From Candidatus Nomurabacteria bacterium (lineage in GTDB: Bacteria; Patescibacteriota; Saccharimonadia; Saccharimonadales; Saccharimonadaceae): DNA of 64,000 nucleotides. The stretch is from assembly GCA_031262695.1 (NCBI GenBank), contig JAISHF010000004.1, positions 107,993 to 171,992 on the forward strand. The letters run 5' to 3'. The stretch's first letter is position 1. Every line of letters begins with the position of its first letter. A program made the position numbers and the translations under genes. The notes below the pieces were generated by a model, which ran no database searches, had not been told where the DNA came from, and worked only from the letters and a program-made list of their open reading frames with translations. This document shows positions 17,191-26,946 of this stretch, piece by piece.

Positions 17191-18282
17191 TTAGTTTTGG
17201 TTGTTTTGGCTGGCAAGCCACTCCAAATAGGCGTCGCTGAAGCCTGAAATGTGGCCGTCTAGGACGCGGCCGGCGTCGGTTTCTTCGTATTTGGTGCGGG
17301 TGTCTTTGACGAGGGTGTAGGGGTGGAGGACATAATTGCGGATTTGGCTACCCCAGTCGGCGGATTTGCCGGCGCGGAGGTTGTTCAGGCTTTCGGCGTG
17401 CTGTTCTTGACGCAGTTGTTCTAGTTTAGCCGCCAAAATCTTGAAGGCGAGTTCTTTGTTTTTGAGTTGGGAGCGTTCGTTTTGGATGGCGACAACGGTG
17501 TTGGTTGGTAAGTGGGTGATTCGCACGGCGGAATCGGTAGTATTGACGCTCTGCCCACCATGGCCGCCCGAGCGGTAGATGTCAATCCGTAAATCCTTGG
17601 GGTCAATCACGGTTTCGGCTTGCTCAATAATTGGCAGGACTTCTACGAGGGCAAAACTGGTTTGGCGGAGATTGTCGGCGTTAAAGGGCGAGAGGCGGAC
17701 GAGGCGATGGGTGCCGTGGTCGGATTTTAGTTGGCCGTAGGCATAGGGGCCGGCGATTTCTAGGACGCTGGTTTTGATGCCGGCCTCGTCGCCGGCTAAG
17801 CGTTCAATCTGGGTCGGCTTAAAGCCGTTTTGCTCGGCCCAGCGGAGATACATGCGCTCTAACATTGCCGCAAAATCCATGGCCTCGGTGCCGCCGACAC
17901 CAGCAGTGATGCGCAAAATGGCATTGCCAGAGTCGTATTCGCCAGTGTAAAGTAATTGCTTTCTAAGGACGGTATATTCCTTGACTACTGCTTCTAGGTC
18001 GTGTTCTAGCTCTTGTTTTTCCTCGGGGCTGGCATTGTCGCCAAGCAACAGGTCTAGTTCGGTAAGGTCTTGGAGTTTTTGATTGAGCGCTAGCCACGGC
18101 TCGGTGATTTTTTTGAGGGCCGAGAGTTCGGTGACGGTTTTTTCGGCTTTTTCTTGCTCGTTCCAAAAGTCGGGCTTGGCCATTTGGGCCTCAATCTCGG
18201 CGAGGCGGGTTTGTTTTTCGCTGATTTTGAGGGTTTTTAGGGCGTCTGCGACCTTTTGACTGAGTTCTTTAAGCGTTTTCAT
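17191..18282 (-). CDS. prfB: peptide chain release factor 2
   Basis: SPF tripeptide (RLSPFNA) and GGQ (SGGHGGQSVNTTDSAVRITHLPT). One uninterrupted ORF of 363 aa. Confidence 0.92.
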   Translation of the reverse strand: MKTLKELSQKVADALKTLKISEKQTRLAEIEAQMAKPDFWNEQEKAEKTVTELSALKKITEPWLALNQKLQDLTELDLLLGDNASPEEKQELEHDLEAVVKEYTVLRKQLLYTGEYDSGNAILRITAGVGGTEAMDFAAMLERMYLRWAEQNGFKPTQIERLAGDEAGIKTSVLEIAGPYAYGQLKSDHGTHRLVRLSPFNADNLRQTSFALVEVLPIIEQAETVIDPKDLRIDIYRSGGHGGQSVNTTDSAVRITHLPTNTVVAIQNERSQLKNKELAFKILAAKLEQLRQEQHAESLNNLRAGKSADWGSQIRNYVLHPYTLVKDTRTKYEETDAGRVLDGHISGFSDAYLEWLASQNNQN

Positions 18283-19213
18283 TTAGGCTACTTTCTATTT
18301 TATTAACTTCCATCACGAAATTCTCGCTAGGCAAATTGGTGGCTGGCACATAAAGCACGGTGTCGCCAGCGACCGCAAGAATGCTTGCAAGCTCGGTGGC
18401 GTCGGCGAGATTGTCGGCACGGTCAATAAGAGGGTCGCTGACGATAGAACTGTCGTTGGTGGCGGGTTGGATGATGATTTGGCGTTTAACGATATTGTCA
18501 GGGAAGTGGTGGGTAGAGATGACAATTGGCTGAGTAAAAGTTTTGATAGAAGTTTCGGCGAGTTCGGGGGTGGTGGAGTTGCCGTCGTCGTAATATTTGA
18601 CGCCGTTTATTTCGCGGATGAAGTCTAGGTGGTGGGGGAGCTCGTCAAAATTGGCGAGGGCATGCTGGATGAGCTCGGGCAGTAAATTGAAGTCGCTCGC
18701 GGCAATGGCGGCTGCGGCGGCACATTCGTACTGCCATACTCCGACGACCTTTAAAGTCGGTAGCGAAAAAGCGAGGTCGTCGGGATAGGCGACGAGCGAT
18801 TGGGCAAGGGTGCGATTGGCAAGCGCATAAGAATTGAGGTCGCGGCCGAGAAAAAAGGTCTTTGTGGCGTGGAGATTGGTGCTGCGGACGACGGGAATGT
18901 TGGTGTTGTCGTCGGTGGTTTGACTAATCACGAGACGCGGCAACGCAACGGCGAGGTCGGCAAGTTGCTCATTAGATAATATATATATAACAATGTCAAT
19001 ATTGGAGATGTCGCTGAGGGTATCGGTGTCGCGTAAAATACCGTATTCGGGGTTGGCAGTGGTGGCAACGAGATGGACTTTGTCGCCGAGACTGGTTGTG
19101 TTAAAATGAGCCTGAAAAATGGCTTGCAGCATAGCGGCGGTAGTGGTGCTATGAAAGCCAGCAAGACCGATAATTGGTGCAGGGCAATTTTGGAAAAAGT
19201 ATTTACTGTCCAT
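18269..19213 (-). CDS. MurD-like Mur-ligase homologue lacking conserved catalytic residues
   Basis: IIGLAGFHSTTTAAML versus ITGxNGKTTT; VGVWQYECAAAAAIA versus GxHNxxNAxAA; GVKYYDDGNSTTPEL versus GVxFxNDSKATN; TVLYVPAT versus VLLSPAC. The N-terminal Rossmann domain is absent. Confidence 0.5.
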   Translation of the reverse strand: MDSKYFFQNCPAPIIGLAGFHSTTTAAMLQAIFQAHFNTTSLGDKVHLVATTANPEYGILRDTDTLSDISNIDIVIYILSNEQLADLAVALPRLVISQTTDDNTNIPVVRSTNLHATKTFFLGRDLNSYALANRTLAQSLVAYPDDLAFSLPTLKVVGVWQYECAAAAAIAASDFNLLPELIQHALANFDELPHHLDFIREINGVKYYDDGNSTTPELAETSIKTFTQPIVISTHHFPDNIVKRQIIIQPATNDSSIVSDPLIDRADNLADATELASILAVAGDTVLYVPATNLPSENFVMEVNKIESSLNENA

Positions 19214-20489
19214 TACGCATTTTCTCTAGTTTGGCGCCAAGGTCGTCAATCAGTTTTTTGTCGCGTTTTTTGCCGACGGCGACAAGGGCGAGTTTGCCGT
19301 TTTGGAGGAATTCGGCGGCGATTTTTTGCATCCCCGATTTTGAAATAGCGTGAATCCGTTCTTCCATACGGTCATAGTCGTCAATCTCGCCGTAATTGAC
19401 ATAGCGACCAGTATAAAAATTACCGGTCGCGCCAACGGTTTGACCTTGCATTTGCAGGCGACCGAGGGCATAACTGTGGTTGGAGTTGACTTCTTCTTCG
19501 GAGATTTCGCCATCGGCAACTTTTTTTAGTTCGCGGACGATAATTTGGAAGAGCTTTTCCATCGTTTCGGCGTTGGCTTCGCCGCCAAAGTCCCAACTGG
19601 CGCTCTGCTGACCAAGTTGGGTCTCAGAAAAAATGCCATAGACAAGACCGCGGCGGCGGGCCTCACCGAAAATGCGGCTAGACATCGTGCCGTTTAGCAG
19701 GTGGTTAAGGCCACTCATAGCGTCAGACTCCTTGTTTTCTAGACGACGCGGCAAAACCAGCGAAAAACCGAACGAAACATTGTTGGCGTCGGTGCGGGGG
19801 ATGAGTTCAGGGGTGGCGTCGTTATAATTATCAACTGGGAATGGTAGTTCTATACCCGTTTCAAATTTAGCGTTTTCTAGGAGTTCTAAAATGCGGGCGG
19901 TGCGACCAGAAAAATTGCCAGCAATCACAAAACGGAGGTTTTTGGCGGTATGGGTCTTGTTGTAATGTTCCCAAACATCATCTAGCGTGATATTTGGCAA
20001 GAGTTTAAGGCGGTCTTGCAAGGTGAGGACCTGCTCGCCAATGCGGATTTGCAGTTCTGGCCAAAGCAGGCGCATATAATCGTTGAGGTAGCCGGTGAGC
20101 TCAGACTTGATGTTGCCGAGTTCGGCTTGTAATTCGGTTTCGTTAAATTTTGGTTCAGCGATGGAGAGTAATTGGAGGTCCAAAATGCGCTCCCACTCAA
20201 AATCGGCACATTCGGCAGAGTAGCAGACGAGGTTGTCGGAGGTGTAGGCGTTGTGATAGGCGCCATTTTTGGTAAAGTCGTTTTCAAATTCGGTTTGGTT
20301 TTTGTGGCGGGAATTGGCACCAAAGGCCATGTGCTCTAAGAGGTGGGCGACTTCATAGACCTCGGGCCTAGCAAAACGAAAGCCAGCGCGGAACAAAAAC
20401 TGAAAATTCATCACCGTGGCATCAGGAATATGCACAAACAGCCCCTTGGCGCCGTTTTTTAGTTTAACCTCTTTGACCGTATGTTTCAT
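19203..20489 (-). CDS. M16-family (insulinase/pitrilysin-like) zinc peptidase
   Basis: Inverted zinc motif HxxEH in VAHLLEHMAFG. Length and layout fit M16. Confidence 0.8.
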   Translation of the reverse strand: MKHTVKEVKLKNGAKGLFVHIPDATVMNFQFLFRAGFRFARPEVYEVAHLLEHMAFGANSRHKNQTEFENDFTKNGAYHNAYTSDNLVCYSAECADFEWERILDLQLLSIAEPKFNETELQAELGNIKSELTGYLNDYMRLLWPELQIRIGEQVLTLQDRLKLLPNITLDDVWEHYNKTHTAKNLRFVIAGNFSGRTARILELLENAKFETGIELPFPVDNYNDATPELIPRTDANNVSFGFSLVLPRRLENKESDAMSGLNHLLNGTMSSRIFGEARRRGLVYGIFSETQLGQQSASWDFGGEANAETMEKLFQIIVRELKKVADGEISEEEVNSNHSYALGRLQMQGQTVGATGNFYTGRYVNYGEIDDYDRMEERIHAISKSGMQKIAAEFLQNGKLALVAVGKKRDKKLIDDLGAKLEKMRNGQ

Positions 20490-20501
20490 AGGAATAGTAT
20501 A

Positions 20502-21725
20502 TCACGATTTTAGTTCTTTATAAGCGCGTTGCAGGATTTCAAGCATAATTTTGTAATTTTCGGGCTTAGTGTTTCTGGCACCTTTGGCGTAGAAGTAGAT
20601 AATATTATCCACGACTTCTAGCGCAACCTCAAATTTGACTTGGTCGTGGAGGAATTCCATAAACAGTGGTTCTAAAAGTTCAAAACTGGTGATTTTTTCT
20701 GGGTCGGTGGCAAAAACGTCGTAGCGGTCGTTGAACTTACGCCATTCTAACTGGACTTTTTGGTAGCCTTTGGGTTTGCGGTCAATTTTTTTGTTGGGCA
20801 TTACGAGGATGCCGCCGTAATTCTTGGGCACGGCAATTTGGCCGACGAGGTATTGCGGGTAAGGCACGCCGCCCATCTGATTATTGGTAGTTGGCGAGTA
20901 GGTATAAAGTTGGATTAAATTGCCTTGATAGAGGCCGATACAGTGGTTGTTGATGTCAGAAGTTTTGAAAGTGGAGTTGCTAAAAATTGTGCCGCGGCGT
21001 GGGAGGGTGAGCGTGCCCCAGTCGGGGCTATAAAACAGTTGGTTTTTGGTGGCAAAATCTTGCAATTCGGCGCGGAGCGTGCGCGGTGCGATAGTGGCGG
21101 GGTTGATGGCGGCAAGGCGTTTGCCGTCAAAAAGCCAAGTTTCGGTGTAGCCATAGAGGTGGTTGGTGTTGATAGTCTTGCTAGTTTGTTCGTCAATAAT
21201 AATGTCAGTGGCGTCGCAGGTGAAAGTGACGGCGGTTGGGCCGTCGGACGATTTGGCGATTTTGATGCCGCTTACGGCTTTGATTTCTATTTGGTTTTTG
21301 CGATGAAGTTGCTCTAAGGCTAGCAACATTAGCCCAGCGCGCTTGAAATATTCGGGCGTGGTGTAAGTCTTGATAGAGTTTAAGTTTTTCTCCTGCCAGT
21401 CGTGCTGGTATTTGCGGAATAAGTCCATGTAAGTTTTTTGTTCGGGGGTGGGATTAGCGATTTCGCGGGCAGCGGCTGTTTTTTGTTTTTTGCTCCAAAT
21501 AACCGCAAGGACGAAAATCACGACAAAAATTCCGACGCCAATAAAAGTGGCGACCGGATCGGCGTCGCTGCTGCCACTTGAACTTGAACTAGAACTGGAC
21601 GAGCTAGAGCTACTATACGAGCCGCCACCACCACCGCCACCCCCACCACCAGAGCTAGACCCGCCACCGCCAGCCATGGCAATGAGCGCTTGGATTTTTT
21701 GCAAATTTTCTGGCCAGAGTTTCAT
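20502..21725 (-). CDS. membrane protein with poly-Gly/poly-Ser N-terminus, one TM helix and a Tim44-like region
   Basis: GGGGSSSGGGGGGGGGGSYSSSSSSSSSSSSSGSS, then TM FIGVGIFVVIFVLAVIW, then FRKYQHDWQEKNLNSIKTYTTPEYF (Tim44-like pattern). Start taken at MKLWPENL (ATG 21725). Confidence 0.5.
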   Translation of the reverse strand: MKLWPENLQKIQALIAMAGGGGSSSGGGGGGGGGGSYSSSSSSSSSSSSSGSSDADPVATFIGVGIFVVIFVLAVIWSKKQKTAAAREIANPTPEQKTYMDLFRKYQHDWQEKNLNSIKTYTTPEYFKRAGLMLLALEQLHRKNQIEIKAVSGIKIAKSSDGPTAVTFTCDATDIIIDEQTSKTINTNHLYGYTETWLFDGKRLAAINPATIAPRTLRAELQDFATKNQLFYSPDWGTLTLPRRGTIFSNSTFKTSDINNHCIGLYQGNLIQLYTYSPTTNNQMGGVPYPQYLVGQIAVPKNYGGILVMPNKKIDRKPKGYQKVQLEWRKFNDRYDVFATDPEKITSFELLEPLFMEFLHDQVKFEVALEVVDNIIYFYAKGARNTKPENYKIMLEILQRAYKELKS

Positions 21726-21802
21726 GTATATATTATACACAATTTTAGGCAACTTTGTGCGATTTGGTGGTCTTGGTAGTTTGTGATATAATTGTTGTAA
21801 AT

Positions 21803-22147
21803 ATGGGAAAATGTGTCAAAACGCTTGTGGTTACAAGGCAAATTGGGGTGGCGCATTGTGCGGATGAAGGCGATGTGAAGATTTTGCGGGAGTTGGAGCG
21901 GGCGACCGTCAAGGTGGCAGCTAAACAAAAGGTGGTTGCTGAGCGAGTAGTGCCTGGGCGGTCGCGGAATCCATTGGAGCGGGTGCGGAATCGTTGCGTG
22001 CGTGAGCTAAAAGGAATTTTTGCGACTTATTTATCTGGCGATTATATGCGAGATGACAATTCGCCGTTGTCGTTGGGACAAATCAAGACGATTGGCGAGC
22101 TGGTTGATGGCGACTTGTCGGACGGCGTGCTAGGGTTGCTTCGCTAG
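21803..22147 (+). CDS. hypothetical protein
   Basis: ATG 21803 lies 10 nt after TGTGATATAAT (21783-92). 114 aa. The 3' end overlaps the convergent glgP by 18 nt. No family recognised. Confidence 0.3.
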   Translation: MGKCVKTLVVTRQIGVAHCADEGDVKILRELERATVKVAAKQKVVAERVVPGRSRNPLERVRNRCVRELKGIFATYLSGDYMRDDNSPLSLGQIKTIGELVDGDLSDGVLGLLR

Positions 22148-23899
22148 CAGGTGCAGGTAATCGCGCAACATTCTCGCACCAGAGATGGTTGGGAGATAGG
22201 CGGCAAGTTGGTTTTGTAGTTGGGCAGTGAGGCTGGCGTCGTCGCGGAGTAATTTGCAGGCCTGTGTCATATTTTGATAGAGGCTCTGAACCTCGTCGCT
22301 TTCGGTTTCGCTTGCGATTTTGAGGTAGGTGGCGGGCGAGATATCGGCGACGCCGCCATCTTCGGTTGAGATGAGGATTTGCAGGTTGGCAAGGTCTTTT
22401 TCCCATGAGGTGCCGCAGGCTTCCATGCCGACGATTGGGTTGTTTATCGCAATGTCAGCGCCTACGCTTAGGGCATAAGCAAGTTTTTCGTCATAGTCGG
22501 CAAGGTAAAAAACGCGGTTTTTGAGTTCTGGGTCGGCGGCAACGGCGTGCATAATTTGCTGCAAGTGCGACATCATATTGTCGTCGCCGGTATGGACGCG
22601 GCCAGCCAAAATGTAGTAGGCATTATTCTGCACAAGAATCTCGTGGAGGCGATTTGGGTCAGAAAAAGCGAGCCACGGCCGCTTATAATCCACGAAACGG
22701 CGTTTGAAGTTGAAGACGATGGCGTCGTCGGGGATTATGATATTGCGTTCTTTGAGGGCGGCGTTGAGTATTTTGCGGCCTTCGGTTTTTTGGGTGCGAA
22801 TTTGCTCGGCGGTAAGATTTTGTAGATTGTCTTGGTAGTCGTGGGTCGGCAGATTATATTTTGACAATAAGTCAAGTTCGTGGTAGAGTTTGAGCGTGCT
22901 AGGCAAGACCCATTTTGCAACATCTATACCGTTAGTGACGGCGTTAAAATGGATGCGGTTGCCGTCTAGGTCGTGGTAGTTGGCGATGCGGGCGTGGAGT
23001 TTAGATACACCTGACTTAATGCCGGCTAATTCTAGCGTGATACTAGAAAGCTGCAATGGGGCATTGGTGTTGTCGGTGAGGCGGTCGGTGGCGGCATGTT
23101 TGACATGCTCGTCGCTATCGGGGAACTGGGCCATCACCCAGCGAGCGACGGACTTACTCTTGAGGTTTGGTAGCACGAATTCGGCGAATTGCGCGCGGGT
23201 AAAACTGGCTTCGGCAGCTTGGACAAGGGTGTGATTGGTGTATAGAGTATGCTCGCGGACATATTCTAGGGCGGCGAAAATATGCATCCCATTAGAAACT
23301 AAATCGTCCAAACGGGCAAGTGCGGCAAAGAAGCAGGGCGTTTCGTTGAGTTGCATGGTGCTCGGTTTGAAGCCGGCGAGTTTGAGGGCTTGATAGCCTG
23401 CAAAGCCGAGCGCGACCTCTTGGAAAAGGCGGTGGTTAGAACAGCCGGCGTCAGCATAGAGCTCACGGAAGTTTGGGTCATAGATGGTCAAAAGTGTGGT
23501 TGAGCCTAATTGCTTACGCCAAACTTCAATTTTGATATTTTCGGCAAAAACGGTGGCGAGATTGGCAGCACCAAGCAGTTCAAATCCATTAGTTGAGGGG
23601 TGGGTTTTAAGGAGAATATTCTCTAAATTATGATTTTTGTCAAAAACTTGGTGTTGTTCAACGGGGTAAAAAGGCGTAACGAGGACAAATGGCACATCAA
23701 GTTGCTCGGCGACGCGGCGAGTGTCGGCGGCGAGGATGCCGAGACCGCCGCCGCCGCGGATGCCGTTTTCTTGATCGTAAAGTTCCATTGTAAAATAAGT
23801 GTAAGGCCGCTCGGCGCTGAGATGGAGGTCGTTTTCACTAGCGGCAAAACCAAGCTTGCCTTGCGGCGAATTACTGGTTGTTTTGCCCACCGTTGCCAT
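22130..23899 (-). CDS. glgP: alpha-glucan (glycogen/maltodextrin) phosphorylase, short GT35 form
   Basis: GGGGLGILAADT, GVSKLHA and EACGTSWEK (PLP-lysine block EASGTSxMK) are characteristic of the alpha-glucan phosphorylase subfamily. Confidence 0.8.
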   Translation of the reverse strand: MATVGKTTSNSPQGKLGFAASENDLHLSAERPYTYFTMELYDQENGIRGGGGLGILAADTRRVAEQLDVPFVLVTPFYPVEQHQVFDKNHNLENILLKTHPSTNGFELLGAANLATVFAENIKIEVWRKQLGSTTLLTIYDPNFRELYADAGCSNHRLFQEVALGFAGYQALKLAGFKPSTMQLNETPCFFAALARLDDLVSNGMHIFAALEYVREHTLYTNHTLVQAAEASFTRAQFAEFVLPNLKSKSVARWVMAQFPDSDEHVKHAATDRLTDNTNAPLQLSSITLELAGIKSGVSKLHARIANYHDLDGNRIHFNAVTNGIDVAKWVLPSTLKLYHELDLLSKYNLPTHDYQDNLQNLTAEQIRTQKTEGRKILNAALKERNIIIPDDAIVFNFKRRFVDYKRPWLAFSDPNRLHEILVQNNAYYILAGRVHTGDDNMMSHLQQIMHAVAADPELKNRVFYLADYDEKLAYALSVGADIAINNPIVGMEACGTSWEKDLANLQILISTEDGGVADISPATYLKIASETESDEVQSLYQNMTQACKLLRDDASLTAQLQNQLAAYLPTISGARMLRDYLHLLAKQP

Positions 23900-23901
23900 G
23901 A

Positions 23902-24759
23902 TTATTCCGTTGAAATTGCGATTTTTAAGATGTCGTCTTGAGTAATCTGGCTGGAGTCGGTGAGTGAGTAAAGGATGCCGCCGTTGGCCCAGATAGCGTC
24001 ATGGCCTTGGACGTAGATAGTAAGGCCATTGCTAAAAATGCTCTCAGGGTCGGCGAAGATGCTTTTGGCATAATCGGCGACTTGGTGGGAGTCAAAGGTA
24101 GATTTGCGTGCGGTGAAAGTGTAGGAGTCGTCGTTTTTGGTGTATTCGGTGATGAGGGTGTTGTCTTCTACCTTGGCGACACCGTTGATGCTATAGCCGG
24201 CTGGCTTGTAGGCAGGCAGATTGACAGAGATACCGAGCTCGGTGGCGCGGACGCGAACGGAGATGTCGGGGAGATTGAGGTAGACGAGAAAGCCAGTAAC
24301 GAGCAGGGCAAAGCCAGCAAAAGCGAGGCCAGCCCAGACCTTTCGGCGGGCGATAGCATATTTTTTGAGCGGTTCGTTAACGGGGCTTTGGACGGGGGTG
24401 ATTTTAGAATTATCCACAGGCGGAATTTCAGAGTTTTCCACAGGTGTATCAGTAGTGTTATCGGCAGGATTTGGCGAGAAGTTTTCCACAGGCTCTTTTT
24501 CAGAGTTTTCCACAGGTTCTTTTACGGCTTTTGCGAGGGGTGACGGGGTCGGTTTTGGCTCAGGGGCGACTTTGGTCTTTTTGACAGTGATAACATTGGG
24601 GTCGGCGAGCGTAAGAAGTTTTGGTTGGTGCTTGATGATTCTGACCGGTTTATCTAGAACTGTGACTGGCGTGATGCTTGGCGTGGTTGCGCGTGATACC
24701 GTAACCGTTTTTTGCGATGCTATCTTGATAGCGCTTAATTTTGAACCTGGCAAACTCAT
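23902..24759 (-). CDS. hypothetical single-pass membrane protein with PVEN repeats
   Basis: GAGGAGG lies 8 nt upstream of ATG 24759 (MSLPGSK...). TM WAGLAFAGFALLVTGFLVYL. Repeated (E/T)PVEN(S/F) units. Confidence 0.4.
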   Translation of the reverse strand: MSLPGSKLSAIKIASQKTVTVSRATTPSITPVTVLDKPVRIIKHQPKLLTLADPNVITVKKTKVAPEPKPTPSPLAKAVKEPVENSEKEPVENFSPNPADNTTDTPVENSEIPPVDNSKITPVQSPVNEPLKKYAIARRKVWAGLAFAGFALLVTGFLVYLNLPDISVRVRATELGISVNLPAYKPAGYSINGVAKVEDNTLITEYTKNDDSYTFTARKSTFDSHQVADYAKSIFADPESIFSNGLTIYVQGHDAIWANGGILYSLTDSSQITQDDILKIAISTE

Positions 24760-24900
24760 AACAGATACCTCCTCATACCTCTCCTTTGTGCTTATATTTA
24801 GTATAAGCGTTAGCGTCGGAGTTTGCAATATTGACATTTTGGGAGAAGTGTGGCATAATGAGGGAGTGAGGGGGGCTTTTTGTTGTATTTAGGATAATTT

Positions 24901-24988
24901 TGGCGGAAGCGAGAGGATTCGAACCTCCGAAGAGTTGCCCCTTACACGCTTTCCAAGCGTGCTCCTTAAACCACTCGGACACACTTCC
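24901..24988 (-). tRNA. tRNA-Ser (anticodon GGA)
   Basis: Reverse complement folds as a cloverleaf: acceptor GGAAGTG/CGCTTCC, anticodon arm CACGC-TTGGAAA-GCGTG, long variable arm, T-loop GGTTCGAATCC, encoded CCA. Confidence 0.9.
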
Positions 24989-25083
24989 TTATCAAACTTT
25001 TTAGAAAAAAGTTTGGCAAAAACTTTAGTTAAAAGAATTGGCTAGAATGAATCTAGCTCAATTCTTAGTTTATTATATCATAT

Positions 25084-25584
25084 TTAGTCGGTGTTGACCA
25101 TGGCGGGGCGGATGACCTCGCCATTTAAGGTGTAGCCGGAGCGGAGTTCGGCGGTAATTTGCTCGCCGTTTTCGCCGCTGGCGACGGCCTCGTGAAAATT
25201 GGGGTCGAATTTAGTGCCAGCAGTGGCGGGGATTTTGGCGACGCCGAGGGCGGCAAGGGTGATGTCTAATTTTTTAGTGAGACCAGCGATACCTTGCGCC
25301 CAGGTGTTATCGGCGAGGTCGGCGGGGATGTGGGCGGCGGCAAGTTCAATATCGTCTAAAATAGGAAGCATTTTGGCGATAGTTTTGCGTTCGGCGGCGG
25401 CGACGAGGAGGGATTTTTCGCGGTCGGTGTTTTTGCGGTAGTTCTCAAAGTCGGCGCGAAGGCGTTGGAGGTCGGCAGTTAGTTGGGCAGTGTCGGGCAG
25501 GGCACTAGGCGTGGCTTGGGCTGTGGTGGGCTGTGCGGTGTCGGTGGTTGGCACGGCTGGTGGGGTGGCATCTTTTTTACTCAT
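25084..25584 (-). CDS. grpE: nucleotide exchange factor GrpE
   Basis: LQRLRADFENYRKNTDREK and the C-terminal beta-domain (FDPNFHEAV...GYTLNGEVIRPAMV) match GrpE. Confidence 0.9.
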   Translation of the reverse strand: MSKKDATPPAVPTTDTAQPTTAQATPSALPDTAQLTADLQRLRADFENYRKNTDREKSLLVAAAERKTIAKMLPILDDIELAAAHIPADLADNTWAQGIAGLTKKLDITLAALGVAKIPATAGTKFDPNFHEAVASGENGEQITAELRSGYTLNGEVIRPAMVNTD

Positions 25585-25647
25585 ATAATATATATACAGG
25601 ATTTAGGGCGATTTTGCAAGGTGGGTGGATTGTGATAAAATAAAGGC

Positions 25648-26904
25648 ATGAGCATAACCCGTATTAAAGAGCAGTTGGCAGAGAACCGCATATTGCGTGG
25701 GGCGATTATGCTGGTGGTGGCGGCAGTGGCGTTTGTATTGGCGGTGCAGATGTCAGCCTTGCCGGTAGGCGAGGCAAAAACGCTTAGCGAGTTAGACAAA
25801 GAGATTGCGGCGATGACTGAGAAGATTTTGCAGTACCAAAAGCAGATTGCTGAATATCGCGAGCAAGCGGACAGTTTGTCCGTGCAGATTGGGATTTTAC
25901 GAGCCGAGGAGGCGGCGATTCAGGGGCAAATCGATCTTTCGGAGCTACAGAAGCGGCAACTGGAAGATCAGATTGCAAATACAGAGCAGCGGATTGCGGA
26001 TACGGAAATGCGGTTGGGCGAGGTGATTGTTGATGTTTATCTGGCGCGCGACTTGACGCCGCTTGAGCGGGCGTTATCAACTAAGGATATTTCGGAGTTT
26101 ATAGATAAAGAAATGGCAATGTCGGTAGTGTCTAATGAGTTGCAACAGACGGCGCAGGAACTTAGGCTACTGAAACAGCAACTAGACGAGGACAAATTGG
26201 GGGTGGAGAAGATTCTGAATGACCAGACGACACAGCGGAATAATTTGGCAGCGACGCGAGCACAACAGCAGCACTTATTGGCGGTAACTAAGGGCACAGA
26301 ACAGGGGTATCAGAATATGAAGAATGCGGCCGAGAAGGATTTGGCGACGCTAAATGCCGAGCGGCTGGCGTTGTGGCAAGAGGTTAATGGTGGTTCAAAT
26401 GACATCAATCGTAAGCCGGGCACCAAGGCGATGCGGAATTATACGGGGCTGCTGGGGTGCGCTGGGTCAGGGTCGGGTTATCCGAATCATGCGGCGGGTT
26501 TGTGGGGGTCGCGTTATGGGTGTAATTATGGGCTTGATAATGGTATTGACGCATGGGGGATGTATAACCGTGAATGTGTGAGTTATGCGGCGTGGGCGCT
26601 TTGGAATCGGTTTGGCAAGCACGTGACGGGGTTTGGCGGACAGGGAAATGCCAAGCAGTGGCCAGATACGGCGCCGCGGTTGATGGGAGCGGTGGCGAAT
26701 AATATTCCAGCGGTGGGGGCGGCGGCAGTGTGGGATTACCAAAACCCGAAGTCAAAATATGGCCATGTGATGATTGTAGAGCAGATTTACGGCGACGGTT
26801 GGATTCGGGTGTCGCAGTTTAACTATGGCACGCGGGGTGGTGAATATTCGCTGATGGATATTCCGATTGATAGCGCGGTGTATGTGCATTTTCGGAATCG
26901 GTAA
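25648..26904 (+). CDS. secreted coiled-coil + CHAP-domain peptidoglycan hydrolase (PcsB-like)
   Basis: N-terminal TM/signal, a long heptad-rich region, and a C-terminal CHAP block: NRECVSYAAWAL...KYGHVMIVEQI...VSQFNY (Cys/His pair). Confidence 0.8.
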   Translation: MSITRIKEQLAENRILRGAIMLVVAAVAFVLAVQMSALPVGEAKTLSELDKEIAAMTEKILQYQKQIAEYREQADSLSVQIGILRAEEAAIQGQIDLSELQKRQLEDQIANTEQRIADTEMRLGEVIVDVYLARDLTPLERALSTKDISEFIDKEMAMSVVSNELQQTAQELRLLKQQLDEDKLGVEKILNDQTTQRNNLAATRAQQQHLLAVTKGTEQGYQNMKNAAEKDLATLNAERLALWQEVNGGSNDINRKPGTKAMRNYTGLLGCAGSGSGYPNHAAGLWGSRYGCNYGLDNGIDAWGMYNRECVSYAAWALWNRFGKHVTGFGGQGNAKQWPDTAPRLMGAVANNIPAVGAAAVWDYQNPKSKYGHVMIVEQIYGDGWIRVSQFNYGTRGGEYSLMDIPIDSAVYVHFRNR

Positions 26905-26946
26905 GGCTTGCAAATTTTGGTGGGGTGTGGTATATTTTGAGGGTGG

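Noticed and set aside
17191-18282. The programmed +1 frameshift site typical of prfB
   Set aside because: The RF2 ORF is continuous from MKTLKEL through the SPF and GGQ motifs. No in-frame UGA or CUU UGA shift site is needed.
21560-21680. The Gly/Ser-coding region as a second phase-variable simple-sequence repeat
   Set aside because: At the DNA level the run uses mixed codons (ggt/ggc/ggg, agc/agt/tcg). There is no long perfect mono-, tri- or tetranucleotide tract, and unit changes would be in-frame anyway.
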